A stretch of 63,658 nucleotides of DNA, filler included, from Choristocarpus tenellus KU-1152 (taxonomy: Eukaryota; Protista; Phaeophyceae): NCBI GenBank assembly GCA_964200185.2. It is 11 parts of 11 records of this genome, joined end to end, with 100 filler letters (N's around TTAATTAATTAA, not from the genome) between each part and the next. Parts side by side here need not be neighbours in the genome. Positions count along the whole stretch, not along the records: positions 7,952 to 17,154 come from CAXNAD020003885.1; positions 17,255 to 20,873 come from CAXNAD020018919.1; positions 20,974 to 24,654 come from CAXNAD020018550.1; 8 more parts are not named here. The stretch is one strand, 5' to 3'. Below the pieces are notes generated by a model. That model ran no database searches. It was given only the letters and a program-made list of their open reading frames with translations, and was not told the origin of the DNA. Positions 11,842 to 23,270 of this stretch are shown here, in pieces. A program made the translations under genes and the position numbers. Numbering within the stretch: position 1 is the stretch's first letter; each line of letters starts with the position of its first letter.

Positions 11842-14800
11842 TCATCTATTCATCCTTGTGCACTCACTCAAGTTTGACACATCACTAGATACATCCAGTT
11901 GGACTTCCTGCCTTTCACCACGGCAGAGGCAGTTTGCAGGATCAGTGCAGTGAGCTTCTCTATCAATTTCTCTCTCCTTGTCACATGGGGGGGTGCTTCT
12001 ACCGCTTCCACTGCTCCCGCTGCCACTACCACTGATATATTCAACAGGTATGGTGTTGGCCTTACCAACCTGCATTCCCCTCCTCTCCCCCTTCCGTCCC
12101 TGACCTCCATCATCTTCATCTGTCTCTTGCCTGTCCTCCTCACTTCCTCCCTCTTCTAATTCTGCGTCCTCCCCCCCTTCTGAATCATTTTCCTCACCCT
12201 CTCCCCCCTCTTCCTCATCCTCATCCTCATCCTCTTCCTCATCCTCCTCTCCAGATTCATAGCTCTCTTCCATGCCCTCCCACTCATATTCAAAGTTCCC
12301 CTTTCTCCCTACCCTCTTCTCTGAGGGTCCAGGAAGGACTGACTTGGCCTTGGTCACAGCATCAATATGAGGGTTATCCAGCTTGTTGTCCATAAAGCCT
12401 GGCTCAGTGTCGTTCTTTTTCAAGGTTCCAAAGTGTTTAGAAAATGTGATCAGCTTTAATTCTATCTATGTTTGAGGTTGCCAGTGGGTTATGACCAGGG
12501 AATTAAACATGTCAGAAGTAAAGTAGCTAGGATCAGGATGTGGAGTGTTAGGGGGTGTACGCCATAGAGCTGGTCAAGTGTAATGTAATACATCATTTAT
12601 AGCATAGAAAAATATGTGTACATCACCAATAGCTACATCTGTATTCAATTGTCCTGTAGTAAAAAGATTTTCATGCATGGCAATTGTAGTGAAGCCAAAA
12701 CTCCCTTGATTTTCAACACTGGTATTTTCTGGGAACTTGCATTGGAATGTACAGTAGCATTGACTCTTGGAGGTCGGCAGGAGAAAACTCCATAGATACC
12801 GTTTCAAAGATGTTTAGGGTGCTCCAAAGCTTCTCAAGTGTTACGCACTCACCTTCACGTGCCTTGATGCTGCAGATTCTTGTTTATGTGGTGGTGGCAT
12901 GGGTAATGTGTGCCTAAGCCCTTCTTTAGCCTTCGCCTGTGATTGCATCTTCATCTCCACTTCCACCACAGTGTTCACACATGCCTTTGCATTCGTTTCC
13001 TCTACATTTTTGGAGTAGGAGTTGTTGCTCCTTTTCCCAGAGGTGGCGGTGGAAGAGATTTGCGCTCGTTGTGATGGTAAATGTTTGCCCTTCCCGAGAA
13101 GGGTTGTGATCTGGGCAGGAGCGGGGGCTCGGGCAGGAAGAGATGCCACAGGCTTTCTGGCAAGACCGGGGACCTGATCTTTGGATGGATCTAAGGCAGG
13201 ACTAGAATCTTGTGCCCGAGTTCTGGTAGAGGACCGGGCTGGGTTTAGGGCAGACGGCTGAGCAGGAGAGAGCCAGGTCAACCTCCCCTGGAGATCTGCC
13301 CCACTATCGGGTGTAGGAGAGGGCAAGCGGACGCCTCCCCGAACGCGAGACTTAGGGGGACCCTTTACCATTCCCCTGTTTTTTTTTTTGTTAGTTGATG
13401 ATTAGTTATGGGGATGAAGAGGAAAGCGGAAAATATGACCAAGAATATATCCTGAAAGGTGAGGTTGGTGATTCAGAATTTTAGAAGCCAGAAGAGTCTG
13501 TACAAGACATTTTCGTGAAGGAAGCTGTGAACTTAGTTTGACCTGAACGGACGGATGTACCTCCGATAGACCTCAGAATGAGAACATTGTTGAGTAGCCA
13601 TCTTAGCAGCTGTTTAAGCTGAGCAGCCTTATCTAGGATCTGGTAGTCTTCTTTTAATGCAGGTATTTAGAAAACTGTGAACTGCAATCAATTTGAGCTT
13701 GAAGCATAAGACTCGTTCACACACAAAATTGCCCAAAATGAACTTGTCCAAGGTACTCTGCTTGCCTCTTCTTGAGTCCTGCACCACCAGCAGATGTCTG
13801 TGTGCCAAGGTTTGCACTTGTTGAGCAGAAAGCACCTCGCTGTTCCTGCAGAGGTGGGATGTGGTGAGGGTTAATGGTCGGTGAGAAGTGTGATATCACC
13901 TAGAATGGAGAAGTGTACTTATCATTCGTTCTCTTATTATTGTAGGATAGAGTTGAAGCCTTAGGTCGTAGCTGAAGAAAGAAAAAGAGTCAACGGGGGA
14001 GACTCTCCTCCTAATGACGACCTTTGAGGTATTATTTTAATGATGGAATGGACTACCTCCAATTCACAGAGCATGGATCCATTGTTGTGGGGCCCCTAAC
14101 ACTGACATCTTTCCAACCCTTTCACTAACCCTAACCCCAATGTTAAACCTAACCCTAACCTGGGGACAACATGCACGTTCATGGACATTACAACAGTTGC
14201 TATTTTGAGAGAGTAGCCGGTAGTGATTTCATTGATGCACCAGGAACAAATTAATGCAGTCCTTGTAACACCGGAGTCAATCCGTCTCGATAAGACTCAA
14301 CTCGCACCTTCGAAATTTGTACCGCTTGTCCCTCAGCCCCCGCCAAGTGCAGCAGTCCCCCCTTTACCCCAACCTTTCCCACTTCCACTGCCCCGGCTTG
14401 CCCACAGTCAGGAGGGAAGGTATTGCCGGCACCCAACGATGCGAGCAACCCCTTTATTCTGAAAAGGGTTGCGCCGAGATTGACCCCGGCCCCACTTGCT
14501 GCATGTCCTGTCACCGAGTTATCTTGCTGCAGGTAGGTGGTGGCACTTCCAAAGGTTGGTGTGGCCATTGGAGTGCTTTGTGTATCGGCAACTGGAGGTG
14601 TAGGGGGCGTAGGAACAAAAAGTCCCTCAGGGAAGGGAGCGTAGCCCACACCACTGCCTCCACTGACTCCATGGGAGCTGGTCTTCGAAGCCGTGGCAGC
14701 GGAAGAGAGTACGAGGGAGAGGGACATGGCAGTTTTGCGGGCCTGCTCCTTCAACTGTTCCTCCGCAATGAGGTCCTCCCTAAGATTGGCAGACAGGTGC

Positions 14801-16195
14801 TGGGCTGTGGCCCTCATCTCTGCTGCCTGTTTCCAAGGCAATCGTTGTGAAGGGGGTTTGATCATTTTTGTTTGTCAGTATACACCACTAGGGTAATAGG
14901 GTATACAAAATCAATGTACACTGTGTGTATGAGGTTAGGGTTAGGGTTGGCAGTGCACTGTGGTTGAGGCGCAAAGAGCTAATTCGGTGCCTGCTTACCA
15001 CGCTGGGCATGCCTAGAGATGAGTATTCCTCCACCTCCAGTTTGAGGTTGTTCAGCTTTGATTCCACTAGGTGTGATCGGTTTTGCAGGAATCTCACACA
15101 TGCCATCTCTGTCGACAGGTAGGCCTGAAAGGTGTGTCAAGGAGCACAGGGCATAGAATGAGAGGAAAAGAGCATTCATGAGTTGTTTTTTCTTATTTTA
15201 CGTTCATTTTTTGAGAAAAGACATTGAATCTGATATTATTATCATTGGAGACACAACCAACCGTATGTATCCATTACAAAAAGAGGCTTAGACAGTATAG
15301 CTTGGCACCGTCCCGCCTTCTAAATAGGCGGAGACCATGCGTAAGGTTATCCCATCTGACTGGACTTTTAATCAAATGAACACACACTCTCCAACACTGC
15401 AATTCGATATTCATGCTTTTGTGCACTTCCCTTCAGACCTGGGAAGCGTTTGAAACGATTTGTAGTCCCATGGCACTCACTTCAAGGTCTTAGAGTGAGG
15501 TTTAGGATACAGAAGGGCTAGACACAGGGTAGAGGGGAAGGAGGAGGGGGAGGAAAAGAAGACTTCGGGAACAGCGATTTTCTTGCTAACAGCACTTAGG
15601 AAAATCCTAACGCATCGCAAAGGGCATCAATTGTTGTGCCCTAACCCTAAACCTCCAGACTCGAGCCACACCAATATAGCTCTTCTACTGCAGGGCAACC
15701 GCATAGCTCAACCATTGGCGACACCATGAGATCAGGGTCGAGGTCGCACCTCCAGAGGAGTTTTTCTGACTTGAAACAAAGCTGAGTCGATATTTTATGG
15801 TTTCTCCGACAAAACAGTTGACACACACACACACACACACACGCACACACACACACACACACACAAAATAAAATAAATCACAACGCAATGGAGCTAGACA
15901 TGTATGCCAAGTGTCAGCTTATGAAGTAGTAAGCTGCGATAACCACGACATGTTGTACCAGGGCGAGGAGCCCCCGACAAGGATCGCAGCCGTTTCTGTC
16001 TGAACCCATCACAAAAAATAGGCTGAGGGTGTGCATTTCACCTCCAGTGCTTCGAGGTAGGCGCCAATGCCACACGAGCCCTTCCCGCCTCCTCGAAATG
16101 CTAGCACACTCTCCAACTCGTTTGATAAAATTTGATGGAGCCGTCTCTCCAGGGCAGCAAGGATCGGCGGTACCATCTCACACTCTTGTGCGTGC
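11842..16195 (-). CDS. Multi-exon gene of unknown function with low-complexity and acidic C-terminal regions; exons include 16042-16195, 15653-15781, 14999-15124, 14323-14826, one from 13845, ~12852-13376 and ~11842-12430
   Basis: Phase-0 joins at canonical GT-AG sites for five consecutive exons; long open exons (ORFs 14251-14865, 12841-13371, 11842-12423). No recognisable domain. Confidence 0.6.
15821..15864. repeat. (CA)n microsatellite
   Basis: Direct reading. Other SSRs: (GGA)n ~16213-16249, (AAT)n ~19735-19762, (TA)n ~5652-5684. Confidence 0.95.
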
Positions 16196-16605
16196 CTGTG
16201 TTGTTTCGCATGGGAGGAGGAGGAGGAGGAGGAGGAGGAGGAGGAGGAGTGCATCAGAGGTGAGGAAAAAACGCTGACATACACAGAGGGAGAGAGAGAG
16301 GGAGGGAGGGAGGGAGGGAGAGAGAGAGCTGGAGAATCTATCTCCCTTGGTGCGCTCAAACGATGGTATTATATGTTTTATTTTATTTTTGGCAATTCTG
16401 GAGGGAAACAGGTCATGAGTGTGCGCTGCGATTTTTAATGTTTTTATTTTTTATTTTTTTATTTTTAAAAATGAGTATAGAAAATGGAGTTGATCTCTAC
16501 ATGCTGATGATATATGGCTAAGGATCAGGGTATCGGGAGATATGTAGTTTGCGCTAGGGCAACGTCACCGACAAGTTGGAAGTCCTTGTATATAGATCGC
16601 ACCTG

Positions 16606-16912
16606 ACCCTAACCCTAACACTAACCCTATATGTTATAGGAGAGGAACGACACAAGGTGTGGATGGGCAAAAAAAAGACCAACTGTTTCCACCCTCCAGC
16701 ACCACGCTAACCCTAACCCTAACCCTAACCCTAACCCTAGGTCGCCTCTCGGTGTTTGTCCAAACAACAGCTTTGCAGAGAGACAAGCTTTGTCCAAACA
16801 CAGCTTTTTCGTGTGCAACGGTAGTGCCCTGAAGAATTTGTAACTCGACAAAAAAAGAAAAGTTGCTAACCCTAACCCTAACCCTAGCTCTAGCCCTAGA
16901 CCTAACCCTAAC
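16606..16912 (-). repeat. Cluster of interstitial telomere-type (CCCTAA/TTAGGG)n arrays
   Basis: Arrays at ~16606-16628, 16707-16740 and 16867-16912. Shorter ones at ~14125-14160, 14934-14948, 15639-15652, 19584-19597, 28034-28046. Confidence 0.9.
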
Positions 16913-17603
16913 CACAAGGACAATCTCAACTGCCTAAAACTTTTTTTTTTTTTGATAAGGTAACCCCCGCAACAGCAAAAACACTCAGCCGCTTCGAATA
17001 TATATATTTTTTTTTGATAAAACTCCATCACTTCCCCACGGTCCATCTTGACCAGAAAAAAATAAAGAGTAGTCTATGATTTACCAGGAGAGCTAGAGAC
17101 CCACCCACACACCCCACTCAGGAGTTTGTCGGAACAGTTTGCGTGTGCCCCTCCNNNNNNNNNNNNNNNNNNNNNNNNNNNNNNNNNNNNNNNNNNNNTT
17201 AATTAATTAANNNNNNNNNNNNNNNNNNNNNNNNNNNNNNNNNNNNNNNNNNNNCTACCATGAGACAATTGGTGATTCTAAACACCCCCACGACTGATTG
17301 GACCCTGCCTAATACAGCCTCTAATTTTGATGGAAACACGAGGCGCGAGAGAAGATCGAGTTTTGTTCCATTTCTTGTTACGCGCCGCGCGCCACAAATC
17401 AGGGAGGCGTACTGAAACCGCATTTTGGTTCAGTGATTTGTTTGCGTTTGTCACATTCGCAACTTATCTTATAGCATTGGGAAGTGCTGCGATTCGAAAG
17501 ATATGATGTGGCGCTAGGCTTGAGTCAACCCATGCCTGCGAATCCTTTTTTGAGGAGTGAAGGAGTTTCTTGGACCAGCTCTCGGGATCTCGAATAAATC
17601 ATT

Positions 17604-19734
17604 ATGACTTCGTCAAGGAAAGTATATGACGCCACAAAATCTAGAGCACATTGGCCGCCAGCGTATATAGGTTATGATGATTTCCCTTCGCATAATGGGA
17701 TTTCTCGGGCCTCGAGCTACCCGACACCCAAGGAGCTTCTGCGAAAGGGATTGCAAAGAGCGCGCTCTTCCCCCAATGGTAAGGAGATTGGGATGGTTAT
17801 AGAGAGCCTTAGACACACCGCGGTAGGGCCAGATGCTTGCCCTGCCCCGGACATGGAGAGTTGGGCAGATCTCTTGGGCGTTAACTTACGTTCCTCCAGT
17901 GCAAAGTTCGCTCGCACACACGCTCGTGTCAACAATGCAACGAGAGCACAACTGGCAGAAGCCTCGTGGATGCCAATCAGGATGCGGGCCACCAAAAATC
18001 CTCACAAGCAACAAGATCATCAGCCCTCAAGCTCAGGCAACGTGATGGACACAATAGGTGTGCATATATTGGGTGATTCTGAGGGACTAGGTCCTGAGAT
18101 CGATACTCTAGAAAGCTGTTTATCAAATATGCAGCATCAACTTGATAGTCTTGAACAAAGTGTCGAGTTACAGGCCCAGGAATCACAAGACGCGCAAGGT
18201 GATTGGGCAACCTCCATGTCGAGGCCAAGGACTATCCAGCAACCAATCAGGAGAGGCAGTAATAGTAGAACCTCGCGTCGTGGGTCTGCACCACAGATTC
18301 GCAGAGAACTCACTGCTTCAATGGATATTTTTGGCGTCCCCAACAGTATCTTCACCCATGCAATGCTGGTGAGCACAGCCCAATTAACATATAGATAAGG
18401 AACAATACCTTTCAAGTACTCGTTAGGGGGTAGGGAAGAATAATTGAGAGCCCACGATTAAGCAAAAAAAATTTGTCCTTAGAAACTACAGAGAAGAGTG
18501 TAATTTGCTGAATACGTCAATTCTGGACCCAGTAATTCTGTAGAGAAAGTTCCTGAACTCTCCATCCCGCCATGATATGCAGGAAGGGCAAACAATATCA
18601 GAATACCTATTTATCGCCCTCCACAGAGTGATATACATGTAACAGTCGTGCTTGATCTATCCGATGTTATCTATCTCAACTGGTGACAATTTCAAAGACA
18701 GAAGAACGAGAAAGGGTGCACCCGCTAAACTTGGAGGAGAGGGATGAAGCATTCCTTCGATCTTTCAAGAGGGCATCTAGAAAGTCCTCTGCAGCCACCA
18801 TGATTTCCAAAACTTGGAGGGTGTACTGGAGACGGAGCAGGTTCTTAAAGTGGAGACTACACCAGCAGAAGATGCGCAAGGTGCATTGTCTGCAGCTCGG
18901 CAACGTATAAGTAATGGAAGTGATTTCTTCACTTGAAATTCGACGGTGATCACGCTTGCCCTAACTATCAATACTCCCTCAACGTAAAGAACATGGAACG
19001 AGAGACTTGTAGATTCTCAGCTTGTATATTGGGTGGGCCGTGACTTTCATTGAAGGTCCTGATGCTCTGCCAGTTCTCAACCTTGCTTCTCAGTGGTCAA
19101 GCACGTTTCCCCTTGCGCAGATGTAGACTGCTGTTTTTGAGAGGGTGTGGAAGGAGAGCAGAAAGGTGACAGGGACCTCACACGGATTCCCCCTTTGCTG
19201 AATGCGGTCGCATGGTTGAAAAGAGAGGAGTGATATTATTGTGCATGGTGGGACTTGTGTTCAGTACCTGCCGTTTCCAGAAAGAAACCACCTAAGAATA
19301 AAGGCGCTTGCGACACTTCCAGAAAGACTCCATCGTGATATAGAAAACCCCTCGAATGTGTGGACTTCAAGCAAATTGTCAGTAAACAACCTGATAGGGT
19401 ATTAACTATCATCCCAAATACTTTTGGTTACATGTAATTGCAATTCATACCACACTCTGCACGCCCCTCTCGCCTCAGCCCCCCCGCCCACCCACCCACA
19501 CACCCTCCCACACAAACACACACATACACTAAATGCATTTTTTCGCGTTGGTCTCCACTTCGAATGGCGATGTAGACCATTGCTTAGGGTTAGGGTTTGA
19601 TTTTTGTCTTAAGGACTCTGGTCCCGTTACAAGTCCCGACAGAGCGGCGCGGTTTAACCTTAATCAGACAAAACAGACACACACTGAGCTGAGCTGAGCT
19701 GGTAATAGTTGCAAGTCGAGAATACGTTGAAATA

Positions 19735-19766
<32 letters not shown>

Positions 19767-20678
19767 GAAAGGTTCTTCGAGGCGTTTCACCCACCGTCTC
19801 TCTGTAATGAGAAAACAAAATCTATACATATTATATTGCGTCGTATTTGAGCTTCCCTGCAATTTTTTTTTTTTTTTTTAAATGAAGTTTTCGTTGCATT
19901 GATTTGGAGGCGGGCTGGTTGGGCGTAGGTTCCAGGTTGTCCCTCCCTACAGTGTATGTGTGTGCGCGCACTTGTGTGTGTGCGTGTGTGTGTGTTGAGC
20001 CAAACCAATTGAGAGGTAGGCAGGGTTGCATTTCTTAGGATCCTTAGAGAGTAGGTCAAAAAGACGAGAATTTTTGAAGAAAAGGTGCGGAAAGAGTCTC
20101 TTCCATGACTTCGTTGTCACTTTTTATGGTGTGGAAAGGGGGAAATATCGATTTTGCGTACACTATAGTCTGTGTACATAAAGGCATTAAGAAAAAAAAA
20201 GAGAGTGTATTGCACAGGGTAAGAAGGGTGGCTTAGGACGCCAAAAAGGGTCCAAAACCTGCCCACCTCTCTATTTGTAAGTTGGCTCTGCTGCTGATGG
20301 GATTCTATTGCTCTCTGTTGCTGGAGGACTATTCCATTGCAGGATTATGTGGGAACCTTAACTCCAGTGTACAAGACAGGCACTATGTGTTGAGAATACA
20401 CTCCAGAGTATGTATACACCAGATGATGGTGGCGGATACTTCATCCACCTCTGTCAACGCTGAATTTAGCACTACTTCAATCTAACCCCCCCCCCCCTTC
20501 ACAGAATTGATGCTGAGTCCAGCGACAGAGGTCTGACTGCCCCCATTGCCATCTGCTGACACGGCCCACCCACCAGAACCTCTTTCGGGCCTGGAAGGCG
20601 CTTGCCATGGCAGATAGGCACCACACCAAAGTCACCACTCGCAAGCACTTTCTCCACTGGCAAGAACGAACGCCCAAG
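17604..20678 (+). CDS. 5' part of a gene with an IQ-like motif and an Sfi1-like repeat; exons include 17604-18368, ~18702-18880, ~20577-20678
   Basis: 255-codon first exon ending ATGCTG|gtgagc. Later exons encode AATMISKTWRVYWRRSRFLKWR (IQ-like) and NLFRAWKALAMADRHHTKVTTRKHFLHWQ (Sfi1-like). Intermediate exons not resolved. Confidence 0.55.
19997..20288 (+). mobile_element. MITE family E (~290 bp)
   Basis: tgtt|GAGCCAAACCAATTGAGAGGTAGGCAGG...CCTGCCCACCTCTCTATTTGTAAGTTGGCTC|tgct: imperfect TIR, 3/4 TSD match. Confidence 0.8.
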
Positions 20679-20679
20679 G

Positions 20680-20733
20680 TAGGGTTAAGGAATCAAACCC
20701 TAGGGTTAAGGAATCAAACCCTAGGGTTAAGGA
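20680..20733 (+). repeat. 21-bp tandem repeat TAGGGTTAAGGAATCAAACCC x ~2.5
   Basis: Direct reading; begins within a splice donor. Confidence 0.9.
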
Positions 20734-21289
20734 AGGGTGCGACGGTGGGCGGCGACTCGAAAGTGTCCCTTACGATGAACGCATGTGTTTTGGAGATGAG
20801 TAAGGCCGACAATTTGCTCGCACGTTCTCTACCTCACCTGAGACGGGTCGGGCGTTGAAGAGGTCCTACTGGGNNNNNNNNNNNNNNNNNNNNNNNNNNN
20901 NNNNNNNNNNNNNNNNNTTAATTAATTAANNNNNNNNNNNNNNNNNNNNNNNNNNNNNNNNNNNNNNNNNNNNCTTTATTCTTGAACTTCTTAGTGACTT
21001 TGCTATTTTCCTCTGTAATGTTACGTAGGTATTCCGAATCTTACTCTGCATCTCCTTAAAATAATCACTTATTCCGTAAAGTTACCTATGTGTTACTAAT
21101 ATCATATATAGTTCACACTTGTCAGAACTCGAGAAACAATCTTCACACTGTATGTCTATTACAAATGTTCGTATTTCCTAACACATAAGGAGAAAAAACT
21201 CACGCTATTCGCGTGTAACAAATGCTCAAACTTTGTTGAAATACAAGAAGAAATGCTCGCGCTATTCGCCTGTAACACAAATACTTGAA

Positions 21290-22090
21290 ATATGGCCCGA
21301 GCTCAGATTCCTGCTCCTTTCGCTATACTGCAGGGAACACAGTAGTGGAACTAGTATATCGTTCGCGATCACTCTGGAGGGGCGTTGCTCTTGCCAATCA
21401 AGGATTGCACCCAAGGCCTCCATGGCACTATTCTCAAGCAGTATTTGCTGGGACCAAGTTCGAGAATCGCTCCACTTGTCTCCAGAGATATTGACTCTCT
21501 CGTTGGGGTGGGATGAAGTCCGAACAAGGAAATAGCATGGGAGGGGGTGACCTTGTCAACGAAAAGCCATGTGGACATCTTTCCACAACGTTGGAGAGGT
21601 TATAGGTACAGGGGTATCAAGGGACGATTGCAATCTGACCAGTTCACTTGTTGAACACCAACCTATCATATCGACAGCACCTTAAAATATAATGTTTCGG
21701 CGAGTCCTTTAGAAGAATTTTCGGCAAGAATTCTACACAACGAGCATCAACCATTTCAGGGGATGCAGGCCGTACCGACTTGAATGTAAAGTAATTGCAA
21801 CATGCCAGTTAGAGAATAGAAGTGGCAAATCTTCTTCTCCAGAACCATTGATCATCAGACCAGTCGGGATTTCCAAAGTGGAAAATCTAAAATGATTCCC
21901 TTCTGACATTGGTTGTGGGTGCGAGGCATCGCTACTCTGTTCAACAGGACTTACGTGATTGACGTCATTTCCCCATACTTGAAGCTTTAACAGATCCTGA
22001 AGCCATTCAGGCGGCACAGGGTTTGCTCTCGCCCATTCATTCACGTGGTGCGCAATGAACGCTGGAACAGCATCTTCAAACTGAGCCTGT
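21290..22090 (-). CDS. Probable exons of an unknown gene
   Basis: Open, protein-like frames: FEDAVPAFIAHHVNEWARANPVPPEWLQDLLKLQ and WSQQILLENSAMEALGAILDWQEQRPSRVIANDILVPLL. Boundaries unresolved. Confidence 0.35.
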
Positions 22091-22478
22091 GAATGGCCAC
22101 ATCACAAGTAGTGGAACTTGGAGGCTGGACAGGATCGTCCTGAGAAAGGACCGGACGATTCACCCCATACTTCTATGGATGAAGTGCTAGATTTGACTTG
22201 AGATCGTCGATTTCTCTATTGCTTGTAACTTTTCTACACGATTCAGAAAATTCCACTACCCATTTGTATAATAGTCGAATTTTGTACATATTTGTCAGCA
22301 TCCTTAAAATACAACTCTGGGTACCTCTCATTTACTTTGACCCTGTCTGCGCTGTTCTATGCTTTTGTTACAAACGCTCCACAAACTTACCATGATTGGA
22401 TATGAACCTCCAATCCACAAGCCTGTGGGCAGGTGATGAGTCTTGTCGAAGGCACCATAATGGTAACATCTTCGAATG

Positions 22479-22682
22479 TGCTGGATCTCTCACTTCGATT
22501 TTTTGCTTTATTGCTTTGATTGGGGTATGCAGAAAGGACTGCCATGAAGGGCATGGGCAATTCATGGTCTTACAGTGACTGGATAACAAACAAATGGTCA
22601 AGAAGTACAATATATATACTCTAAGACTTCAAGTTCATAATGGTGTTTATGAAACCGCCAATAAGAGAAGTTACCTGTGACA
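22479..22682 (-). repeat. Dispersed ~200-bp repeat family D (TG...CA bounded, solo-LTR-like)
   Basis: Copies at 22479-22682, 24181-24328, 24488-24654 and, inverted, 63467-63658. Conserved blocks TGCTGGATCTCTCACTT, AAGAAGTACAA, ACTTCAAnnTCATAATGGyGTTTATGAAA, TGTrACA. Confidence 0.8.
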
Positions 22683-23004
22683 TGCCCCCCCAGCTTGAAG
22701 CATAACTGCTTCAATGCAAAGAACAGGCGATTGGATAGATATAATGCCACTCCTTATCCCCTCATGAACATAGTAGAAATTAACTGAATGTCACTTCCAG
22801 GTCCTAACATAACAGTAGGTAACGTTGGGGATCCAGTGGAGGAGCAACCTGGAGGGGAAAACCCCTTTCAGTGCTTGCCCTGATGACAGATATGCAAGTG
22901 TCACACTCGCACCTCATAGCACTTACTCTGCATTTGACTTGAACTTAAAGAGAAAACCTCCCACGCCAGACTCTCACGTTCGTGTCAAAATAAGGCAATG
23001 TAGT

Positions 23005-23270
23005 AGAAGGACTCTCCCCCTTTCAGAACCATGAACATGACATAATACAGATACAAAAACAATGTCTCACAATAACAGAGAAGTAGGGTACTGCCATGGA
23101 AAGACTCCCCCCCTTCACAACTATCAAAACATGTGAGTACAAGCACAAAATCAAAATAACATAGGAAGGCTCTGCCCCTTCAGAACTATGAAGACAAAAA
23201 AAATACCAACACAAAAATAGTGTGTCACACAATAAAGTAGAATGGGGTACTGTCATAGAAAGACTCTTCC
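23005..23270. repeat. Degenerate tandem repeat (~160-bp period with shorter subunits)
   Basis: Recurring GAAGGnCTCTnCCCC..TTCAGAAC and TGTnTCACAATAA..AG.A.T.GGGTACTGyCATrGAAAGACTC. Confidence 0.6.

Noticed and set aside
16627-17046. ORFs with GLGLGL / VRVRVR repeats as proteins
   Set aside because: These are translations of (TTAGGG)n arrays.
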